Of a DNA stretch of 64,000 bases, positions 9,323 to 18,949 are shown piece by piece (the first letter of the stretch is position 1; each line of letters starts with the position of its first letter). Below the pieces are notes generated by a model. The model worked only from the letters and a program-made list of their open reading frames with translations. It did not search any database and was not told the DNA's origin. A program made the translations under genes and the position numbers. The stretch is from Candidatus Latescibacterota bacterium. GTDB lineage: Bacteria > Latescibacterota > UBA2968. The DNA lies in the NCBI GenBank assembly GCA_965208125.1, contig OZ242320.1:4128001-4192000 (forward strand), given 5' to 3'.

Positions 9323-10285
9323 ATGGATATCCCGAAAGATGGCTGCTGTCCACGGCGACGTTGGGGAAAAACGGAATTGTCCATCCCAGTAATTGCCTTT
9401 GGAAGTGATGGATTTGGCAATCGGTTCGGCCACGTAAGTGATGAAACTGCCATAAGGCTCATGCAATGCGCTGTAGAACTGGGTGTCAATCACTTTGACT
9501 GCGCTCGATGCTATGGAGATTCGCTACGCAAAATAGGGTTGGCAATCAAGCAAAACGCAATCAAACGAGAGGATTTAATCATCACTGGCCGAATATGTTG
9601 TCACGGTAGTGGTCAATGGGGTCTCTTTGGAAAAGGAGATCCTGAATATGCATCAGAAATCGCTGATTATTCGTCAGATCGCGTGCTGCCAGATATTGAA
9701 GATCAACTCAAACGCTTAGAAATTGACCGCTTCGATGCACTGCTCGTTCACGGCCCCTGGCCTGTTGAACCATCCCTTGCACCGGGCGGTATTCTCGAAG
9801 GTCTGGAACAAGCCCAAGATCGCGGTCTGGTAGATTTTATCGGCTATGGCATGCACCACCCTCCCTTTCATTTGAAAGCCATTGAATCAGGGCGGGTTGA
9901 TGTCCTTTTGACCTACTCTGATTACAATCTGCTTCGCCAAAATGCAGCGGATGATATTCTGCCAGCGGCAGCAGCGCATGACATCGGGGTACTCAACGCC
10001 TGGTCTATTTTTAGAGGTTGGCTAACGGGTTTACCCGTTGCGTCGTTTGTCCCTCGAAAAGAATGGAAGGAAGATCATCACCAGGCTGAAAATATTCGGC
10101 TCTGGTGTAAATCGCAAAATGTCGATATGCTCCAACTCGCTCTGCAATTTTGCCTGCGAGAAGCTCGAATACATGGCAATCCAATTGGCATGATGAACAT
10201 TGAACAGTTGGAAATGAATGTGGATGCTGTATTAAAACCATTGCCCGATGAAGTATTCGACGCTTTCAAACTGGCGTACTTATGA
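9323..10285 (+). CDS. Aldo/keto reductase
   Basis: GGAGG RBS; RRRWGKTELSIPVIAFG, GVNHFDCARCYG and LKRLEIDRFDALLVH. Confidence 0.85.
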   Translation: MDIPKDGCCPRRRWGKTELSIPVIAFGSDGFGNRFGHVSDETAIRLMQCAVELGVNHFDCARCYGDSLRKIGLAIKQNAIKREDLIITGRICCHGSGQWGLFGKGDPEYASEIADYSSDRVLPDIEDQLKRLEIDRFDALLVHGPWPVEPSLAPGGILEGLEQAQDRGLVDFIGYGMHHPPFHLKAIESGRVDVLLTYSDYNLLRQNAADDILPAAAAHDIGVLNAWSIFRGWLTGLPVASFVPRKEWKEDHHQAENIRLWCKSQNVDMLQLALQFCLREARIHGNPIGMMNIEQLEMNVDAVLKPLPDEVFDAFKLAYL

Positions 10286-10320
10286 CCACAAGAGAAATTC
10301 CAAAAGCACGTACCATTGCG

Positions 10321-10602
10321 TTAATTGTCCTTTTTTAAAGCACTTGCCAGAGCACGATCTTCTGTGTCATAGTCGAAGATGGACTGGTCGTATTCCTCCG
10401 GAGGGTTCTCGCGTTCCCAGTCAACCGTACGCTTCATGTCCAGATCGAGTCGATTGCCGTGAATATGCTCGACGCTGTCCGGAACGAGATCGGCGTTGTG
10501 CTTCCCCCGGTGGAAGACGGTGACAGTATGACCGGCTTCGGCCAGCATGGCGACAGTATGGGCACCGATAAAGCGCGTGCCACCGATGACGAGTATGTTC
10601 AT
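10321..10602 (-). pseudogene. NAD-dependent epimerase/dehydratase with a large internal deletion
   Basis: The Rossmann start MNILVIGGTRFIG...FHRG is fused directly to a C-terminal-type tail (MKRTVDWERENPP...DYDTEDRAL). Only 93 aa. Confidence 0.75.
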
Positions 10603-10635
10603 GATATCATTGCCTTATCTAATAGACCTGTTTTT

Positions 10636-11598
10636 TTATATTTTGCTGTTTAAATGGATTTCGAATCCCCACCAATGTTCCGTCTGCTTGTAGTGCGCTC
10701 TCTCGAAGGCATTGACCATCGGGAAATTAGTCGCCGCCGTCGTTGATCGGATGCAATCCGCTCCTTCGTGTTCCAGAATCTGAGTTCCTCGGGCAAGGAG
10801 ATCATTGACATAACCTTGCCCTCTCTTTTTAGGTACAACTCCAAGCGTATAAATGCAGCCAATAGAATGATCCTTACGAGGGTTTTTTCGCTTCTGAGAC
10901 AGCAGCAACATAATCACACCCACCAAATCATTCTGGGCATCATAGGCCAATTCAGAAAACCACGCATTTCGTTCATCCTCTTTGGGGCACTCGCTCAGAT
11001 ACTGTGATATTACTCGTTGAGGCCCAACCTCCGTGTAGCCTTTCAGAATTTCTGAATCCAAAGAATCCCGAAACGACAGAGCGAAAGACTGTGAGAAGGT
11101 TAATTCACCGACCTCTTCTCGCGTGCGAAAGGCAAGTCTGTTAGTAGCTGCTACAGAAGGTGAATTGCCAGGCCGCTCAAACTCTATCCGTTCTTGCATA
11201 CATTCAAAGCCCAGTTCTTTCACTATATCAATCAGCGGTCTTGACACAGCCAATCCTTCAGGAGTTGGGTCAGTGGACAACCGGTATTGAACCACCTGTG
11301 TTTGCTCCCGTCTGAACTCTTGAAGGCTATGCCGTATAAGGGCCCTTTTGATTGCCAGATCATCCAATTCATCTACTGTATCAAGATGGAAGATAGCCAA
11401 ATTTCCTGTCTTATTGTCGGTCTCATAGGCTATGCCACCCGTAAATGAGTTCTCAGCTTCTGCGGCAAAACACCACTCTGGCTTACTTGTCCCTTCAGAC
11501 CATGCGTGTAGCAAATGTTTCTGAAGCACCTGCCGGTCAACTTTGCTTGTGTTTACAAAAGGCTCAAGTTCATCTTGAGAGATAGGTCTAACTTTCAA
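10636..11598 (-). CDS. Tandem GNAT-family acetyltransferase
   Basis: C-terminal LGVVPKKRGQGY and TAATNFPMVNAFERAHY. Confidence 0.8.
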   Translation of the reverse strand: MKVRPISQDELEPFVNTSKVDRQVLQKHLLHAWSEGTSKPEWCFAAEAENSFTGGIAYETDNKTGNLAIFHLDTVDELDDLAIKRALIRHSLQEFRREQTQVVQYRLSTDPTPEGLAVSRPLIDIVKELGFECMQERIEFERPGNSPSVAATNRLAFRTREEVGELTFSQSFALSFRDSLDSEILKGYTEVGPQRVISQYLSECPKEDERNAWFSELAYDAQNDLVGVIMLLLSQKRKNPRKDHSIGCIYTLGVVPKKRGQGYVNDLLARGTQILEHEGADCIRSTTAATNFPMVNAFERAHYKQTEHWWGFEIHLNSKI

Positions 11599-11630
11599 TA
11601 GGTCATCCTTTCAGTGTGCGGCGCAGTGGT

Positions 11631-11725
11631 TTGTGGGCAATTGCCTCTAAACGTTCTCGTTACTTGCGAACTTGCCGAAGGCTAAGACACCAACGGCTTC
11701 ACAGCGCACCACCGTGTTGTTAGCC
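11631..11725 (-). repeat. Degenerate attC-like site
   Basis: Minus strand GGCTAACAACACGG...AACGTTTAGAGGCAATTGCCCACAA. The end resembles GTTAGCGGCAATCGCCCACAA at ~3444-3464. Confidence 0.5.
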
Positions 11726-11746
11726 GAAGTTGATCTGTTCCTAAAG

Positions 11747-12484
11747 TTACATTTTTCTGACTATGAAGTATGCACGTCTGCCCAGTTCATAAGGCTCGCA
11801 ATCCAGTGACGAAAAAGTATCGCACACCTCGAAACCCACCTCGGAAAAAAGAAGTGTCAACTCTCGAAATCCATAGACCCGCATAGAGCTTGTCTTCGTC
11901 TCGGAAATTCCGTTCGCAACCAAAGTCCATTCAGTATCGATCCGGCTCTCCGCGTGTCTGTATTTTATGTCCTCCAGGACAGTTGTTTCACCTACTTTGC
12001 TCCAACTGCGAAGCCGGAGTCTTGGGAGTATTGTTTCAGCGACGTTGGGAATGTCCAGAGCAAACCTCGAACCAGTCTTAAGCGTTCGATGCACTGCCTC
12101 GAGGAATCGCCTATTTCCGGCGTCGTCGAAGTATCCGAAACTTCCCCAAAAACAGAATGCCGCATCGAATGTCTCAATCCAGGATAGATCCCTCATATCC
12201 ATCTCAACAAGCTCAAGACCAGGATTCGCTCCTTGTGAAGCGGATTGCGCCTCTTGAAGAAAAATGGTCGTAATGTCAACGCCGGTTACTTTATAGCCTC
12301 TCTTAGCCAGCGGAATTGCCAATCTACCATTGCCACAAGGCACATCGAGAACCCGACATCCTGGTTTCAAATTGAGCACGCGTACCAAAAAGTTTACCTC
12401 TTCTGAGGTACGCTCTGCTCGCATGTTTCTTTGAACGTCGAGCCAATTTCCAGAAAAAAAAGTGGTCCACCACTCATTACTCAT
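11747..12484 (-). CDS. Class I SAM-dependent methyltransferase
   Basis: VLDVPCGNGR, GVDI, DMRDL and SFGYF. Confidence 0.9.
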   Translation of the reverse strand: MSNEWWTTFFSGNWLDVQRNMRAERTSEEVNFLVRVLNLKPGCRVLDVPCGNGRLAIPLAKRGYKVTGVDITTIFLQEAQSASQGANPGLELVEMDMRDLSWIETFDAAFCFWGSFGYFDDAGNRRFLEAVHRTLKTGSRFALDIPNVAETILPRLRLRSWSKVGETTVLEDIKYRHAESRIDTEWTLVANGISETKTSSMRVYGFRELTLLFSEVGFEVCDTFSSLDCEPYELGRRAYFIVRKM

Positions 12485-12534
12485 ATTTCGCCTCACTGCA
12501 CAAGGTTACGTCTTGTCGGCAACATTCAATCCTT

Positions 12535-12882
12535 TCAATTATAGCCTACTGGTTGCCGATCATCTTTAGGAGAAATCCCCAGTTTGATGGGCGTCATCAA
12601 ATCACATAACCAGCCAATTTGACGCGCTTTGCTTCTTTCTTTTTTGCTGTATCCTCCTTTAAACAGAGGATGTATATCAAGATCGCTGGTCGAGATAGCC
12701 GTGCCATTTGCATAGCTGCCCACGAGATAATAACTGCGGATTCTATCGGGAAATATTCGCTCGAAGATACCGATGACTCCCTGTATTATCTGATCGACTT
12801 GGGAGTATCCAGTTGAATTCGTCAGCGAAACACTATTTAGCGTATTCTCTAATAGATTTTCATCTTCTTCTGATAATGGCAT
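12535..12882 (-). CDS. Pol-beta-type nucleotidyltransferase domain protein (possibly C-terminally truncated)
   Basis: Signature YLVGSYANG...SDLDI; 115 aa. Confidence 0.65.
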   Translation of the reverse strand: MPLSEEDENLLENTLNSVSLTNSTGYSQVDQIIQGVIGIFERIFPDRIRSYYLVGSYANGTAISTSDLDIHPLFKGGYSKKERSKARQIGWLCDLMTPIKLGISPKDDRQPVGYN

Positions 12883-12920
12883 TTTTACCTCTAATAGTAA
12901 GATCGAAAGGACTGACTTGC

Positions 12921-14195
12921 CTATTCTGTCACAACCGCTTCAGGTGAGACGCGAACTGATGACAATATCAAGTAGGTAAAAGCCACCATCATTACAGCAG
13001 CTGAAATCAATAGTGTTGCCTCCCAGCCAAAAGTTTCACCGAGGTAGCCACCTGACAATGCCGCAATCGGAATTATTCCGAATACGACAAGACGCCTGGT
13101 GGCATTGATTCTACCTAACAGTCTATCTGGAGTCACTGCTTGCCTCAGGCTAATCTGGCTTATGCTAAAGAGGGTCAACGCCAGGCTAAAGACTGCCTGG
13201 ATAGCAATGACGGCTGGGAGCTTCATCCAACCGAAGGAGCCTGCGAAAGGAAGCACGCCCATCGCAATGCCCTCAAGTAGCAACGCAATAATCATCAACC
13301 GGCCTGCACCCATCCGCTTTGCAAGTGGAACAGCGGATAAGGCTCCGATAATTGAGGCACCTCCTGCAACAGATCCGATTATTCCCAGCCAGATCGGCGT
13401 AATGCCCAGGGTGCGAACAAGAAAAAGTGTCCAAACTGTATGTTGTACAGCCCCTGCTGCACTTGCGAGAGCGGTCCCGATAGTCATGGCTCTCAGAATA
13501 GGGTGACTGAATAGGGTCGATATTCCCTCCTTGATGGCAGCCAGCACCCCCTGGTCCATCCTGGTCTTGATAGCATCAGATTCATCAAATCGGATCCTCA
13601 ATAGGAATAGACCAGATAAGAAGTACGAAATTGAATCCACAAGTATTGCCAACGGTGCACCGAGAATATCGACAAGGTATCCAGCTGCTCCGGGGCCTGC
13701 TACATTCGTTGTTGAAGTGCTTAGCTGAAGTCGGGCATTCCCCTCGACCAGATCTTCCCGTTTCACGATGGAAGGCAAAAACGATGTTGAGGCAAGGACG
13801 TACATCATCGCGAGTGTACCACCTGTAAAAGCCACAATATATAGCAACTCTATGGATAGCCAGCCAACCAGAGCTGCTGCGGGGACCAGACCTATGACCA
13901 ATCCTTGTCCGAACGCACTCGCGACCAGTATAGGCTTTCGTTTCGCCCGATCAATCCAGACACCAGCCACAAGAGCGAAGAGCAGTACTGGAAGATGTGT
14001 TGCCGCGTTGAGGAATCCCATTTCCTTCGCGCCAACCTGAAGCGTTATCACTGCAACAAGAGGGAGAGCGAGGTTGGTGACAGAAGAGCCAAGATCCGAA
14101 ATAGTGACGCCGCTCCAGAGCTTGGCAAAGTCAGAATTGGAGCGCGCCAGCCGGAAGAGGCCGCCCTCAGGTGCTATACTCATTTGCTTACTCAT
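12921..14195 (-). CDS. MFS transporter (EntS/DHA3-like exporter)
   Basis: About 12 hydrophobic segments, GVWIDRAKRK motif A and LRQAVTPDRLLGR. Confidence 0.9.
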   Translation of the reverse strand: MSKQMSIAPEGGLFRLARSNSDFAKLWSGVTISDLGSSVTNLALPLVAVITLQVGAKEMGFLNAATHLPVLLFALVAGVWIDRAKRKPILVASAFGQGLVIGLVPAAALVGWLSIELLYIVAFTGGTLAMMYVLASTSFLPSIVKREDLVEGNARLQLSTSTTNVAGPGAAGYLVDILGAPLAILVDSISYFLSGLFLLRIRFDESDAIKTRMDQGVLAAIKEGISTLFSHPILRAMTIGTALASAAGAVQHTVWTLFLVRTLGITPIWLGIIGSVAGGASIIGALSAVPLAKRMGAGRLMIIALLLEGIAMGVLPFAGSFGWMKLPAVIAIQAVFSLALTLFSISQISLRQAVTPDRLLGRINATRRLVVFGIIPIAALSGGYLGETFGWEATLLISAAVMMVAFTYLILSSVRVSPEAVVTE

Positions 14196-14260
14196 TTCGT
14201 ATGGTCGTGTTATGTGTCGTGCGATCCTCTATCCGTCGCCGAATGTGCCAATTGCGGGTT

Positions 14261-15064
14261 CTAATCAGCCGGTTTCGTGGCTATGAAAACCATGTCCGTA
14301 TGCTCAGCGTTCAGGGGATCGTCCGAGAAGTTACCCTTCACCTCCACGTCGGCAAATCCCGCCAACTGTAGCATCCAGAGTACCTCATTGCGATGATACC
14401 AGCGCGTTTGACCCACATGCACCTCTTCCTCGATAATCTGATTACCGTCATGAATCTCGTATCGGCGTTCCTGCATCTGGATCTGTTCAACTGGGTCCTC
14501 TCCCGTGTCTCGTAGATATACCAACAATCGTCGGCCGTCTGGGAGTTCCTTGTTTGATCGCAATACCCATTCTCCTGGGTAGGTCTTCTCTTCTTTGCTG
14601 CCGTAGTAGTTCCGGTTCCCCGGAGAACAGGCGAATGCGAGTTGTCCTTTCGGTTCCAGGTGGGTGAAACAACGTCGCAATGTCTCCAATGCCTCGGCGC
14701 GATCCATGACACACTCGAAGCTCCCACAGGGGATGTAAATAGTACTGTAGCTATGCGGCAGGTCGAATGTCTGCATAGATTGCTCATAGAGGACCGGTTT
14801 GACTCCGACACGCCCTGCATCCTGGCGGCACACTGTTAGTTGATCTGCTGATATGTCTATTCCCTCAACGTCAAGTCCATCCTGCAGATAGGCGATCAAC
14901 AAGCGACCTGCACCACACCCTAATTCGAGCGCTTTGCCTGAGTTCTTCACGATTATAGAACGATAGAACGCCTGGTCTCTACGGGGATCGGTGACCGATA
15001 TTGTGGCCCAGTGGACGGACGCCAGTCCGGTGTACAGATCGCGTTCGTCGTAGCGTTGCTGCAT
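14261..15064 (-). CDS. Class I SAM-dependent methyltransferase
   Basis: KALELGCGAGRLL; paralog of 3985-4791. Confidence 0.9.
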   Translation of the reverse strand: MQQRYDERDLYTGLASVHWATISVTDPRRDQAFYRSIIVKNSGKALELGCGAGRLLIAYLQDGLDVEGIDISADQLTVCRQDAGRVGVKPVLYEQSMQTFDLPHSYSTIYIPCGSFECVMDRAEALETLRRCFTHLEPKGQLAFACSPGNRNYYGSKEEKTYPGEWVLRSNKELPDGRRLLVYLRDTGEDPVEQIQMQERRYEIHDGNQIIEEEVHVGQTRWYHRNEVLWMLQLAGFADVEVKGNFSDDPLNAEHTDMVFIATKPAD

Positions 15065-15145
15065 TGCGTTGTCCTTGAGAAAGTGGTCAGTCTGATCCTT
15101 ATGACGTGATTGCTTTCAGAGAACCGAATGTTGGATGTTGCTTAA

Positions 15146-16048
15146 CTACAGCCTCTTTACGTACGCCGAAGAGACATCACTGATGCGGAATCCAACTCCG
15201 GTATAGAGCGAGACCGCAGCTATGTTGTTTTCGCGGCAGTTCAGAATCACGCGCTCATATCCTTCCTCTTGTGCCTCAGACAGTGCGCGATTGAGTAGAT
15301 AGTGCCCTATGCCTTGCCGTCGGTGCTCCTGATCTACCCCAAGCCATCGCAAGTAACAGCAGGAGGCGAGTTCGTCAAGGTTGGCGTACGCTTGACAACT
15401 GAACATGCGGCATATTCCGATTCTGGAATCACCAGAGAACGCCCTCACGAATATGTTGGGCCGTTCTGCATGTGTCAGGACCTTCTCGACATTCACCCGC
15501 GTTGCGATTGGATCTGGGGTCACTTTTCCTATTCGTCGCTCCAAGGTCAGATGGGCATCGTGGGGTGTGTATCCATTCTCACTGAAAAGTTTGCGGACGT
15601 GGGCGAGTCGATCAGAAAGGACGCCAACCTTATAGTTGTGAAACGAGTATCCGTGATAGAGCGGAAACGCATCGATGTACCCATAGTCCGTTAGCAAGCC
15701 TTCTGCGCTCTCCAGCAACAACTGCCCGACTGCTGGGAAATCTGGTACAAACGCCAGGCAACGGATGATTCCGCATTCGGTGTCTTCGCCACGTACTTCA
15801 GCCGGGCCAGCACAAATGTGCGCGAACCCAACAGGCTCAGCATCGACAGACGCAACAAGCAACTTCTGCTCCCTATCTGTTGCCAGTGACTCGCTGTCTT
15901 CCAGATTTGGTACAAGGCCACTTGCGAAGTCTTCGGGAACAACCGAATAGCTGAAAGGAGCCTTTGCCGTTGATTCCGACCAGACCTCGGAGAGACTACC
16001 TGCACGATACAGGGGCCACTCCTCAATCGTAGGTGAGTGCTTGTCCAT
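15146..16048 (-). CDS. Tandem GNAT-family acetyltransferase
   Basis: LGVDQEHRRQGIG and NIAAVSLYTGVGF. Confidence 0.85.
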   Translation of the reverse strand: MDKHSPTIEEWPLYRAGSLSEVWSESTAKAPFSYSVVPEDFASGLVPNLEDSESLATDREQKLLVASVDAEPVGFAHICAGPAEVRGEDTECGIIRCLAFVPDFPAVGQLLLESAEGLLTDYGYIDAFPLYHGYSFHNYKVGVLSDRLAHVRKLFSENGYTPHDAHLTLERRIGKVTPDPIATRVNVEKVLTHAERPNIFVRAFSGDSRIGICRMFSCQAYANLDELASCCYLRWLGVDQEHRRQGIGHYLLNRALSEAQEEGYERVILNCRENNIAAVSLYTGVGFRISDVSSAYVKRL

Positions 16049-16080
16049 TCACTGTTCTCTCTGCTGTCGATAGGAATGCG

Positions 16081-16124
16081 TTCGGCTAACATTTGGCATC
16101 TGCGACGGCGAAAGTAGTTACGAA
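16081..16124 (-). repeat. attC-like right half-site
   Basis: Minus strand TTCGTAAC...CGCCGTCGCAGATGCCAAATGTTAGCCGAA, ending in a GTTRRRY-like core (GTTAGCC) about 35 nt before the next gene start. Confidence 0.5.
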
Positions 16125-16152
16125 CTATTTTTTCACATCTTTCAGAGCAATC

Positions 16153-16524
16153 TTAAGCCTGCACATTGGCATAGAAATTGATGATATTCCCATCCGGGTC
16201 ACGAAACCAAACGGATCGGCGCCCCCACGATTGGGTTGTAGGCGGTTTAACAATCTCAACATTCAGGGCTTTCAAACGCTCAAATTCCCGGTCGACGTCT
16301 TCTACCTCAAACTCGATAGTATAGCTACCATATCCAGCTCCCTTCAGGCATCCAGGAGCCATCTTCTCCGTGCGTTCTGAAGAGAAGATTGACAAATCTG
16401 CACCCTCCGTTGGGATGATCTCAAATATATTCCCTTCTTCTGGTTCAAGTTTTAGTATTTCTCTGTAGAAAGCGCACAATCTGTCCACATTCTGCGTTAT
16501 TATGCAAATGCCAGTGAACCGCAT
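16153..16524 (-). CDS. VOC/glyoxalase-bleomycin resistance family protein
   Basis: AFYREIL, IEFEVEDVD and WGRRSVWFRDPDGN. Confidence 0.9.
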   Translation of the reverse strand: MRFTGICIITQNVDRLCAFYREILKLEPEEGNIFEIIPTEGADLSIFSSERTEKMAPGCLKGAGYGSYTIEFEVEDVDREFERLKALNVEIVKPPTTQSWGRRSVWFRDPDGNIINFYANVQA

Positions 16525-16698
16525 GATGAACCTCCAGAAGTCTCAGTGAAATTCTTTTGGACGGCGCAGGACGCGTCGCCTCCTTCGAGGTGGGGATAGT
16601 CACGGCTTCCGTATAAGGTTCTCGCCGTGTGCGCACGGTCGTGCTCCCTTGCAGCCTGTATGAGCGATGCTAGCTGTTTTGTATCGTCCATTTCTGCC

Positions 16699-17520
16699 TC
16701 AAACTGAGGTTTTCATTTCGAGATTCGGCGCTGCATCGCTCTGGCTGATTCCCTTCGCTGTCATGAACCGCGGTCGATCCAGGACGTTAAAGCTCCTCGA
16801 GTGCAGAGCCGACATGTTCGTGACATACGCCTCACCCGGATCCCCTGTCAGTTCCACCACACGCAGAGGATGACCCCAAACGTCGGTGGGTTTCTCCATG
16901 AATCGTTGCCTGCGATCCTCGAAGTCCCTTTTATGAATTAGATTTCGCAACCAGGTGTGAGAGGCAAAGAACCTTTGCTTTATGTGCTTGACCTTCAGAT
17001 CAAGCTGATGCGGGGTGAGCTCGCTGTAGAACTTGCACACAACGTGGTGTGAACCCTCAACCAGAACCGTGCCTCCGCCTTCCGGATCGACCTTACTCAG
17101 AAAGCAGAAAATGAAGATGTCGCGGAGCTGGTCAACATTGCGAAGTGGGTTTCCGTGCCAGTGCCAGTCGGTTGCGATGTCCCAACTTTCTCGCTGCTGG
17201 GGGAAGGTGTACAGCACAATGCCGCGATCTTTCGGGGGACGCCACCGTCCCTGACCGAGCAACTGATCTACCACTGCTGCAAATTCTGCTGTCATGGCTT
17301 CTCGAAAGATGCGAGAATTTCTCACGGATCGGCTGACTCCTCCCGGGTATTTTCGCCAGGTCGCAGGATCATCCCGCAATACGCCCTCTCTCTCCAGCCG
17401 ACGCCAGATCGTTGATTCCATCTCTGCGGCGTCTTCGGCTGTAAAGGCGCGCACCTTGACGTAGCCTCGGGTGCAGAGTTGCTCAAGGTCTTGTTCGTTC
17501 AGTGGTCCGTCAGTCGTCAT
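16699..17520 (-). CDS. Phytanoyl-CoA dioxygenase (PhyH)-family protein
   Basis: RGYVKV, GGTVLVEGSH and GDPGEAY...LHSRSFN...PR. The metal motif reads HWH instead of HxD. Confidence 0.8.
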   Translation of the reverse strand: MTTDGPLNEQDLEQLCTRGYVKVRAFTAEDAAEMESTIWRRLEREGVLRDDPATWRKYPGGVSRSVRNSRIFREAMTAEFAAVVDQLLGQGRWRPPKDRGIVLYTFPQQRESWDIATDWHWHGNPLRNVDQLRDIFIFCFLSKVDPEGGGTVLVEGSHHVVCKFYSELTPHQLDLKVKHIKQRFFASHTWLRNLIHKRDFEDRRQRFMEKPTDVWGHPLRVVELTGDPGEAYVTNMSALHSRSFNVLDRPRFMTAKGISQSDAAPNLEMKTSV

Positions 17521-17574
17521 AGAATTGCCTTTCTACATCGGTGAATAAAATGAATTCGCCACTGATGTCAATCA

Positions 17575-17679
17575 TGGCAGAGGGTGTGGGGATCGAACCC
17601 ATATACGGGATATCCCACAGGATACCCGTAGCCCTCGGTTTGGAAGCCTCGGGGCCAGCACCACTGGCTCTCACCCCCT
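17575..17679 (-). tRNA. Atypical tRNA-Sec-like 8/4 cloverleaf (allo-tRNA-like), 8-nt anticodon loop CUUCCAAA
   Basis: Acceptor stem AGGGGGTG/CACCCTCT plus G-CCA; D-arm GCCAGT-GGT-GCTGGC; anticodon arm CCGAGG-CTTCCAAA-CCGAGG; long variable arm TACGGGTATCC-TGTG-GGATATCCCGTA; T-arm TGGG-TTCGATC-CCCA. Confidence 0.8.
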
Positions 17680-17792
17680 GCTCAATAATACGACGATGTC
17701 ATAAAATGGAATGTTTCGGATGGGGTAGGGGAGACTACATCTTATTCGTCTCGAATGGGATTTGCATATAGGGATTCATATTCCCTGTCTTT

Positions 17793-18929
17793 CTATGGCG
17801 TGTCGATCCACCAGTGATACACGTTCGTCAAGTGCTGTTCATACGCATGCGACGCCTGCAGCAGCAGCCGATTCCGCTTGTGTGGATTCAGCGATCCGAC
17901 CACGATGCTGTTCGAATATGCTGCGATTCCCTCCTCGCGCATCCTCAAGTAGATGCCGTCATCCCAGGCAAAGCCATCTCGTGAAGCATACAGAACAAAG
18001 TGACCTTTTTCCTCTTTCTTGCCCTGCAAGAATGCACTGCGTCCGTGCATGAAATAACAGCCGTTTAGCACAGCCGTCTGAGGGTTTCGGATCTTCTTTT
18101 TAAAGTGCGCGACCTTCGGGTCGGACCAGGTCCGGCCGCCGTCGTCGCTAACCACATAGTCCATCGTGTGCTCAGCCTTGCTGTTGTATATGTACACAGT
18201 GATACTTCCGTTATCGCGTATCCCCATGGTTCCGTACGATTTCCCGATGGTGTCGAAGGGAAGTTCGCTGCGCTTCACGAACGTCCGGCCGCCGTCTCGG
18301 CTCACGTACAACTCGTACACATCTTCAGGCTTGTTGCCCAGGAAATTGATCTCGTTGTCGTTCTTGAAGTGCAACACGAGTATCTCTCCGTTGTAATACC
18401 GTGCATCGTAGAGCCTACCCCGACTGTCGCACAGTGCAGATGGCTCACTCCATGTGTACCCTCCATCCGGACTGCTGATGTATGTCGGCACCTGAAATTG
18501 CCTCCAAATGACATTGGTCGTGATGTCACACACAAGGAAAAAGAGGACGATTTCACCCTTGTCCGTCCGAACTGCCTTCTCGGCGAAGGCGGACAGTTTT
18601 TTGCTGGTCTTCCCGCTCTGCCCGGTGTCGAACAAGTTCTTCGAATAGGCAACCACGTTCCGATCGCTCCATGTCTCGCCGCCGTCTTCCGAACGCTTGT
18701 ATTCCATCCAGCCCCTGGCCGAGTGGCCCTTGTCAGACTTCTCCGGGTTGTGGCGTTCGGCGGAGCAGTTCGGATAAAAGGCGAGGATCTTCCCGTCTTC
18801 ATACTCTACCAGTGCGTGCCCGAGATTTCCACCTCTTCTTGCCGGGGCGTGATCTACGAAGAGAATCCCATCGTTTGGTGGGTTTTTGGGGGTGATTTCA
18901 TAATCTGCTTTGTTTGGGTTCGCGTCCAT
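17793..18929 (-). CDS. BNR/Asp-box beta-propeller protein (sialidase-like)
   Basis: Five Asp-boxes: SEDGGETW, SPDGGYTW, SRDGGRTF, SDDGGRTW and SRDGFAW. Confidence 0.85.
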   Translation of the reverse strand: MDANPNKADYEITPKNPPNDGILFVDHAPARRGGNLGHALVEYEDGKILAFYPNCSAERHNPEKSDKGHSARGWMEYKRSEDGGETWSDRNVVAYSKNLFDTGQSGKTSKKLSAFAEKAVRTDKGEIVLFFLVCDITTNVIWRQFQVPTYISSPDGGYTWSEPSALCDSRGRLYDARYYNGEILVLHFKNDNEINFLGNKPEDVYELYVSRDGGRTFVKRSELPFDTIGKSYGTMGIRDNGSITVYIYNSKAEHTMDYVVSDDGGRTWSDPKVAHFKKKIRNPQTAVLNGCYFMHGRSAFLQGKKEEKGHFVLYASRDGFAWDDGIYLRMREEGIAAYSNSIVVGSLNPHKRNRLLLQASHAYEQHLTNVYHWWIDTP

Positions 18930-18949
18930 AAGTGCTTCCCTGGATGAAT

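Noticed and set aside
17575-17679. Canonical selC tRNA-Sec or ordinary tRNA-Trp/Gly
   Set aside because: The T-stem is 4 bp (bacterial Sec is 8/5) and the loop has 8 nt without UCA. The 8-bp acceptor stem and long variable arm exclude ordinary Trp/Gly.
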